Positions 36,181 through 44,123 of a DNA stretch of 44,123 nucleotides are shown piece by piece. The notes below the pieces were generated by a model. The model saw nothing but the letters and a program-made list of their open reading frames with translations. It was not told the DNA's origin and did no database searches. The position numbers and the translations under genes were made by a program. Origin of the DNA: Actinomycetales bacterium (GTDB lineage: Bacteria > Actinomycetota > Actinomycetes > Actinomycetales > CAVURS01). Within the stretch, counting starts at the first letter, position 1; every line of letters starts with the position of its first letter. The DNA lies in assembly GCA_045807245.1 (NCBI GenBank), contig JBJMHS010000089.1, positions 1 to 44,123 of the forward strand, given 5' to 3'.

Positions 36181-37758
36181 CTAGCCCGCGAACTCCCAGT
36201 GCCACGGCTCGGGCCGCGAGCCGGTGGGCTCGGCCCAGGACGGGTGGAACCAGCCGTAGAGCGGTGCGTGGGTGAACAGCCAGGTGTGTTCCATCGTTCC
36301 GAACGACTGGACTCCGCCGCACAGGTCGACCGCCACGCCCCAGCCGTGGTTGCTCGTGCCCGGCCGAGCAGCCAGGTTGGGCTTGGTCGCGTAGAGCGCG
36401 ACCTGCTGGCTGAACGAGCGGTAGGAGTCGGTCACGCAGATCGGACGGCCGAACTGGCGGGCGTACGCGCCCGACATGCGGTCGAACGCGGCCGCTGCGT
36501 CGGCTCGCAGCATCTGACCGGGCGCACCCCACAGCGGACACAACGCGGATGCCGGGATCTGGCCGTTGCCATAGCTGAGCGCGGTCGCCTTGGTCACGCC
36601 GGGGCGGCAGCTTGCTCCCGCGGTGGAGACGCCGGCGGCCGCCGCGGCCAGCTCGGCCCGGGCGGCGAGCGCCTGAGCGCCGTGCAGGTTGGCCAGCTGC
36701 TGCAGGGACAGGCCGGCCATGCCCAGCCGGCCGGCTTGGGCCTGCTGCTCGGCGGCGAGCAGCCCGCGCTGCTGGGCGACTGCGGCCTGGGCAGCGGTGT
36801 TGGCCTGGTCGGCGGCCAGCCTTGAGGCGGTCGCCTGGGCCGCAGCCTGGTCGGCCTGCTCGGCCACGATCCGCTGCACCTGGGTCAGGGTGTCCGCCTC
36901 GCGGATCGCCTGGTCCTCGCCCTGGCCGACGTAGTTGATGAGGAACAGCGAGCTGCCGATCTCGTCGGTGCGAGTTGCCTGCAGCGCCGCCAGGTAGGCC
37001 TCGTACCGGGCCAAGGTGCCGCCCGCGACGTACGCGGCACGCGCCCAACGGGCGAGCTGCAGACGCAAGGCATCGGCGCGGACCTGCAGATCCTGCAGCC
37101 GCCGGTTCTGCAGGGTCTGCGTGGCGACTGCCTGCTGCTCGGCCTGCTGGGCGGTCTCGAGCGCCTGGAGTGCCGCCGACGCCTGAGTGGACAAGGCGGT
37201 CAGCTGGGCGGTGATCGCGGCCAAACGCGCGTTCGACGCCAACAGCTGCTGTTGCAGTGCCTGGGCCTGGGCCAGCTGCCCGGCCAGCTCGGCCGGCGTC
37301 AGCGCGTTCTCGCCGTCGCCAGGGTCCGGGTCGCGCGGCGTGCGCGGGTGCTGAGTCGACGACGGGGTCCCCGGGCTGAGCACCGGCGGCACCGGGGTGG
37401 CCGTTGCGCTCGGCGGCGGCGTCGTCTCGGACGGCGGGGTGGTCGAGCCCGAGTCGGTGGAGGACGGGGTGTCGGTCGGCGAAGGCGTGTCGGTCGAGGA
37501 CGGCGTACCGGTCGGGGACGGCGTACTGGTCTCGGTGGCCGTGTCGGTGGAAGTTCCGGTCGAGCTGTCACTCGTGCCGGTCGATGAGCTGGTCGGGCTG
37601 GCGTCGCTGGCGGACGCAGCGCTCGACCCGGTCGAGCCGGTCGAGGACGGCCCCGGCGTCTCGTCGGCCTGCGCGGGGACCCCCAGGGCGACGGACATGA
37701 GCAGCGCTGTGGCCGCCGCTACGGCGGCACCACGCAGGCTGCTGTGTCGTCCATGCAC
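36181..37758 (-). CDS. Secreted M15 (VanY-like) peptidoglycan peptidase with Ser/Thr/Pro linker and long coiled coil
   Basis: Signal peptide (AQA cleavage), S/T/P-rich tract and Ala/Gln coiled coil; C-terminal SYRS...Q, GTSNHGWG.AVD and EPWHW. Confidence 0.88.
   Translation of the reverse strand: MHGRHSSLRGAAVAAATALLMSVALGVPAQADETPGPSSTGSTGSSAASASDASPTSSSTGTSDSSTGTSTDTATETSTPSPTGTPSSTDTPSPTDTPSSTDSGSTTPPSETTPPPSATATPVPPVLSPGTPSSTQHPRTPRDPDPGDGENALTPAELAGQLAQAQALQQQLLASNARLAAITAQLTALSTQASAALQALETAQQAEQQAVATQTLQNRRLQDLQVRADALRLQLARWARAAYVAGGTLARYEAYLAALQATRTDEIGSSLFLINYVGQGEDQAIREADTLTQVQRIVAEQADQAAAQATASRLAADQANTAAQAAVAQQRGLLAAEQQAQAGRLGMAGLSLQQLANLHGAQALAARAELAAAAAGVSTAGASCRPGVTKATALSYGNGQIPASALCPLWGAPGQMLRADAAAAFDRMSGAYARQFGRPICVTDSYRSFSQQVALYATKPNLAARPGTSNHGWGVAVDLCGGVQSFGTMEHTWLFTHAPLYGWFHPSWAEPTGSRPEPWHWEFAG
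37453..37560 (-). repeat. Six degenerate 18-bp coding repeats (TPSSTD-like) in the peptidase linker
   Basis: Units of the form GTCGGTNGNGGACGGCGT at 18-bp spacing from 37453. Confidence 0.6.
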
Positions 37759-37945
37759 GTCACGAACCGCCTTGTCCGAAGCCCCCGGTGCCGCCTACTC
37801 AGCCAACTTACGGTCGGCCCCGCACGTGCGCAACGCAAACAGCGAAACCCCCTGCCGTTCCTGGCAAAGAGTTAAGCCGTCCGTTCCCCGATACGTACAC
37901 CGGGTAGCCGGGCGGGGGCACAGCGCGACATGGCACGATCGTCGG

Positions 37946-38401
37946 GTGGCGACGCAGGGGAGTAGTGGGGGAGAAGGGCGCCTGCGCGACCTGGCTCGGT
38001 TGCGCGGGGTGCGCGACCGGATCGACCGCGACTACGCCCAGCCGTTGGACGTCGAGGCGCTGGCCCGGGGCGCACACATGTCCGCCGGTCACCTGAGTCG
38101 TGAGTTCAAGCTGGCGTTCGGGGAGTCGCCGTACAGCTACCTGATGACCCGACGGATCGAGCGGGCCATGGCGCTGCTGCGGCGCGGCGATCTCAGCGTC
38201 ACGGAGGTGTGCTTCGCAGTCGGCTGCTCCTCCCTGGGCACTTTCAGCACGCGGTTCGCCGAGCTGGTCGGGGTGCCGCCCGGCACCTACCGGCGTCAGC
38301 AGGGCGGCGCGACCGCCGGAATGCCAGCCTGCGTCGCCAAACAGGTCACCAGACCGGTCAGGAATCGAGAAGCGCCGGTCGGTGAGCCGCATCTAGCGTG
38401 A
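37946..38401 (+). CDS. AraC-family HTH transcriptional regulator (DNA-binding domain only)
   Basis: RDRIDRDYAQPLDVEALA...HLSREF...GESPYSYL...VGCSSLGTFSTRF. Start at GTG 37946, 6 nt after TGG-CACGAT. Confidence 0.9.
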   Translation: MATQGSSGGEGRLRDLARLRGVRDRIDRDYAQPLDVEALARGAHMSAGHLSREFKLAFGESPYSYLMTRRIERAMALLRRGDLSVTEVCFAVGCSSLGTFSTRFAELVGVPPGTYRRQQGGATAGMPACVAKQVTRPVRNREAPVGEPHLA

Positions 38402-38406
38402 GCCGC

Positions 38407-38817
38407 ATGGACATCAGCATTCACGCGAGCTTCCTGCCGCACGACGACCCGGAGGCATCGGTCGCGTTCTACCGCGACACGCTCGGCTTCGAGGTCCGCG
38501 CCGACGTCGGCTACAACGGGATGCACTGGATCACGGTCGGTCCCACCGGCCAGCCCAACACCTCCATCGTCCTGTACCCGCCCAACGCCATGCCGGGCAT
38601 CACCGACGACGAGCGCCGTACCGTCGCCGAGATGATGGCCAAGGGGACGTTCGGCGCCATCAACCTGGCCACCGAGGACGTCGACGAGACATTCGCCCGG
38701 CTGCAGGCCGGCGACGCCGAGGTCGTCCAGGAACCGACCGACCAGCCGTACGGCGTCCGCGACTGCGCCTTCCGCGACCCGGCCGGCAACCTGGTCCGCA
38801 TCCAGGAACAGGCCTGA
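38407..38817 (+). CDS. VOC/glyoxalase family protein
   Basis: AFYRDTLGFEV and QEPTDQPYGVRDCAFRDPAGN; -10-like TAGCGT 7 nt before ATG 38407. Confidence 0.9.
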   Translation: MDISIHASFLPHDDPEASVAFYRDTLGFEVRADVGYNGMHWITVGPTGQPNTSIVLYPPNAMPGITDDERRTVAEMMAKGTFGAINLATEDVDETFARLQAGDAEVVQEPTDQPYGVRDCAFRDPAGNLVRIQEQA

Positions 38818-40070
38818 CCCGCAGCGCCGTCCCTGCGGCGTACCGGCCGGTCCTGGCCAACCGCGTCTTCCGGCGGCTGACCCTCGGCCTGGCGGTCTCC
38901 TACCTCGGGGACGGCATGAGCTTCGTCGCCGTGGCCTGGCTGGCCATCGACCTGGCGCCGCAGGCCACCGCGGGCCTCTGGGTCGGGGGAGCAGTTGCGG
39001 CGTACACACTGCCGGGCGTGGTCGGCGCGCTGGCGTTCGGCCGCCGCCTGCGCCGGGTAGCTGCGCGCCGGTTGCTGCTCTCCGACACCATGGTGCGCGC
39101 GGTGTTCATCGGGGCGGTTCCCCTCGCGTCGCTGTCCGGACTGCTGACACCGCCGCTGTACGTCGTGCTGCTGGGGGTGTCCTCCCTGCTGCATGCATGG
39201 GGGAGTGCCGGCACGTACACCCTGCTGGCCGAGCTCCTGCCCGACAGCGAGCGGCTCGCAGCGAACACGCTGGTGAGCTCGCTGAACTTCGCAGCCACGA
39301 TCGCCGGTCCGGCGATCGCCGGGGTGCTGGTGACGTACGTCAGCCCGGCCTTCGTCCTCGCCCTGGACGCGGTCAGCTATGTCTGCCTGGCCGCCGTCCT
39401 GGTGACGACGCGGCTGCCGGAGTCCGGCCACGCGGCACCCGTCGACGGCACCGCCGCCCGTGGCGGGTTCGCGCTGCTGCGGGCGGACCGCGAGCTGCTC
39501 GGCCTGCTGACGCTGACCTGGTTCTTCAACCTGCTGTACGGACCGGTCGAGGTGGCGTTGCCGTTGCACGTGACGCGCGACCTGCACGCGCCGGGCTCGC
39601 TGCTCGGGCTGTACTGGACGCTGTTCGGCATCGGCGCGGTCGTCGGCGGCCTCGCCGCAGGGGCACTGCGGCAGCTGCCTCTGTGGCCGGTCACGGTGGC
39701 CATCGTTCTGGGCTGGGGTTCGACGTTGGTGCCGTTCGCGTTCGCGGTGCCGGCGGTGGTGACTGTCGCGTGCTTCGCCCTCGGCGGCGCGATCTACGGG
39801 CCGTTCGTCGCGCTCTCAGTGACCCTGCTCCAGGTGAAGGCACCGCCACAGCAGCTGGCCGCGATGCTGGCTGCGCGCAGTGCGGCGCTGCTCACCGCTT
39901 CGCCGTTGGGCACGGCGCTCGGCGGCCCGCTCACGACGGCTCTGGGGCCGCGCCGAACGCTGGGCGGTTCTGGGCTCGCGACGATCGCGCTCGGCGCCGT
40001 CGCCGCACTGCTGCTGCTGGCCCGACGGAGCCGCAGGTCCGAACCGACACCCTCGATGGGACACGATTGA
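38814..40070 (+). CDS. MFS efflux-type transporter (probable CTG start; first ATG is at 38916)
   Basis: Multi-TM MFS with AANTL...GPAIAG. The in-frame region upstream of the ATG encodes a typical first helix (VLANRVFRRLTLGLAVSYLGDG). Confidence 0.75.
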   Translation: MTRSAVPAAYRPVLANRVFRRLTLGLAVSYLGDGMSFVAVAWLAIDLAPQATAGLWVGGAVAAYTLPGVVGALAFGRRLRRVAARRLLLSDTMVRAVFIGAVPLASLSGLLTPPLYVVLLGVSSLLHAWGSAGTYTLLAELLPDSERLAANTLVSSLNFAATIAGPAIAGVLVTYVSPAFVLALDAVSYVCLAAVLVTTRLPESGHAAPVDGTAARGGFALLRADRELLGLLTLTWFFNLLYGPVEVALPLHVTRDLHAPGSLLGLYWTLFGIGAVVGGLAAGALRQLPLWPVTVAIVLGWGSTLVPFAFAVPAVVTVACFALGGAIYGPFVALSVTLLQVKAPPQQLAAMLAARSAALLTASPLGTALGGPLTTALGPRRTLGGSGLATIALGAVAALLLLARRSRRSEPTPSMGHD

Positions 40071-40072
40071 GC

Positions 40073-42468
<2,396 letters not shown>

Positions 42469-42513
42469 CGGACTGGTCGAGAGCCGCTCGAGGCTCGGGC
42501 CGGCCGGCGGAGC

Positions 42514-43077
42514 TCAGCGCCTGGTCTCATACCTGGTGAGGACCACGCCATCGGGAAACATCCGGGTCTCCACCAGGCGCAGGTTCACCCAACTGTCCAG
42601 GGCCGTGAAGAACGGCGTGCCGCCGCCCAGCAGGACCGGCGCGGTGGCCAGCACGTACTCGTCGACCAGCCCAGCGCGCATGGCTGTCGCGGCGAGTGTG
42701 GCGCCACCGATGTCCATGGGGCCGCCGTCCTCGGCCTTGAGCCGGGCGATCTCGGTGACCGCGTCGCTGGTGACCAGGCGGGTGTTCCAGTCGACCGGGC
42801 TGGTCGTCGAGGAGAACACCACCTTCGGCATGTCGCGCCAGCGGCGGGCGAACTCGATCTGCGCCGGTGTGGCGCCAGGCTGCTGGTCGGCGGTCGGCCA
42901 ATGGGAGCTCATCGTCTCCCACAGGTTGCGCCCGTACAGCGCCAGGCCGGTCGCCGCCACACGGTCGGACCACCACTGGAACAGCTCGTCGCTCGGCACG
43001 CTCCAGCCGATGTCGTCGGCCGCCCCGGCAATGTAGCCGTCGACGCTCAGGTTCATGCCGAAGGTCAGTTTGCGCAT
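42514..43077 (-). CDS. Dihydrofolate reductase / RibD C-terminal domain protein
   Basis: MRKL...SVDGYIA, LYGR, PKVVFS, GGATLA and GLVDEY...PVLLGGG. Confidence 0.9.
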   Translation of the reverse strand: MRKLTFGMNLSVDGYIAGAADDIGWSVPSDELFQWWSDRVAATGLALYGRNLWETMSSHWPTADQQPGATPAQIEFARRWRDMPKVVFSSTTSPVDWNTRLVTSDAVTEIARLKAEDGGPMDIGGATLAATAMRAGLVDEYVLATAPVLLGGGTPFFTALDSWVNLRLVETRMFPDGVVLTRYETRR

Positions 43078-43150
43078 GGGGTCAGCCTTCGTGACTCGGG
43101 ATTCGGTGTACAGACCTGGTCCCGCCAAGGGTCCGGCTCGTCCTCCCGGC

Positions 43151-43178
43151 TACGCCGATAATCTACATTATGTCAGGA
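43151..43178 (+). other. dif-like XerCD recombination site
   Basis: TACGCCGATAA-TCTACA-TTATGTCAGGA has the 11-6-11 layout with ATAA-N6-TTATGT core (E. coli dif: GGTGCGCATAA-TGTATA-TTATGTTAAAT). It is an AT-rich island in high-GC DNA. Confidence 0.75.
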
Positions 43179-44123
43179 AGGCTGCGCCGGGCCGATGGGA
43201 CCACCAGCTGCTGACGGTCGTCCGCGGCACCGGCGACACGACCCGGATGTGCGTGCGCCCGACCCGGCTCGGTGTGGCGCCGTACACCACCAACGGTCGC
43301 GATCCGTTCGGTGTGGAGATCGGGATCGTGACGACCCGCAGCACCGTGCCGTCGTCGGCGGCGTGGCCGGTGGCCACGAGCTGGCCGGCCACCAGAACGC
43401 GGTAGCTCTCCTGGGGCAGCAGGCCGGATGCCACGACCTCCAGCGAGCTGCCGGCCGCGTGGTAGCCCAGGGGCCGGCGGAGCGCGAGTGTGGTGGGTGG
43501 CGTGTCCATCTGCCAGCTGACGGTGGTCTCCTTCGAGGCGCCGTCGGGGGCTCCGACCCGGGCCGTCAGGTGGTGCGCCCCGGGCGTCCGCAGGACGGAC
43601 ATCGTGCCACCGTCCAGGCACGGGGCGAACGCCGCGTCGTCCAGCGAGCAGGTGACGGCGTAGCCGTGGGCCGAGAACGGTGCCGGCACGGCGCCGTCCT
43701 CCGAGTAGCGGCGGTCGGTGATCGCCAGGCTGACCGTCGAGGTCTGGGCCGACGGTTCGCTCGGGGCAACCGTCAGCTCCGGCCGCAGGAACACCGTGCC
43801 CAGCGTCACCGAGTAGTGGTCAGGCACGACCGGTTGCGTGTCCGACTCGACCCACACCTCGGCGGTGTAGCTGTCGTCGAGCAGAGCGGACGGCCACGGG
43901 AACACCCGGTCGGGCGCGCACGGCTGGCGCAGCAGGACCGTGCCGGATGCGCTGAGCTGGCACATGACCGTCCCGGTGAACGGTGCGAAGCGCTCGCCGT
44001 TCGCCAACGTCTGCATCACCTGGACGAGATAGTCGGGGTAACCGGTGCGGTAGAGACGTTCGGCCAGGGTCGCCGGCGTATTCCGGAGAACGGCTCGGTA
44101 GCCCGGCGTCGTACTCGGTACGA
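43168..44123 (-). CDS. Hypothetical beta-rich, Ig-like domain protein (5' end outside window)
   Basis: Frame stays open to the window edge. The pattern TCSLDDAAFAPC...GAHHLTARV...WQMDT resembles bacterial Ig-like modules. The stop codon lies inside the dif-like site. Confidence 0.6.
   Translation of the reverse strand, partial: VPSTTPGYRAVLRNTPATLAERLYRTGYPDYLVQVMQTLANGERFAPFTGTVMCQLSASGTVLLRQPCAPDRVFPWPSALLDDSYTAEVWVESDTQPVVPDHYSVTLGTVFLRPELTVAPSEPSAQTSTVSLAITDRRYSEDGAVPAPFSAHGYAVTCSLDDAAFAPCLDGGTMSVLRTPGAHHLTARVGAPDGASKETTVSWQMDTPPTTLALRRPLGYHAAGSSLEVVASGLLPQESYRVLVAGQLVATGHAADDGTVLRVVTIPISTPNGSRPLVVYGATPSRVGRTHIRVVSPVPRTTVSSWWSHRPGAAFLT

Noticed and set aside
43154..43161. GCCGATAA as a sigma-28 -10 element
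   Set aside because: No matching -35 and no downstream plus-strand gene; better explained as the XerC arm of the dif-like site.

Overview
High-GC actinobacterial chromosome segment, probably near the replication terminus because a dif-like Xer site lies at 43151-43178. The backbone is largely conserved: pafA (5'-truncated), two FKBP isomerases, DUF3866, pafB-pafC, two small hypotheticals, tatA-tatC, a lipid kinase, helY, a 5'-3' exonuclease, an M36 peptidase, Lrp/AsnC, VOC, a divergent lysine-catabolism cluster (kamA / kdd-amidohydrolase-kamD-kamE-kal), lnt-ppm1-fxsA, rbpA, MFS, GDPD, an M15 wall peptidase, an AraC-VOC-MFS-uvrA-like module (uvrA-like frameshifted), a DHFR/RibD-like gene and a truncated Ig-like protein. 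The most unusual element is a lower-GC ~6 kb insert between fxsA and rbpA. It encodes two overlapping (GTGA) ~1005-aa paralogues, each fusing a Trp/Lys 2-monooxygenase-type flavoprotein domain to a Trp-rich, lectin-like beta-propeller, and one copy lacks the substrate-binding Arg. Other notable signals are a candidate ~240-nt structured ncRNA with its own promoter upstream of lnt, an abrupt codon-usage break inside pafA, three boxes phased 31 bp apart in the kamA/kdd spacer, a tandem repeat that creates a mini-ORF between pafB and pafC, and a probable CTG-initiated MFS gene. All calls come from reading motifs and gene order by eye; no database searches or folding programs were run.
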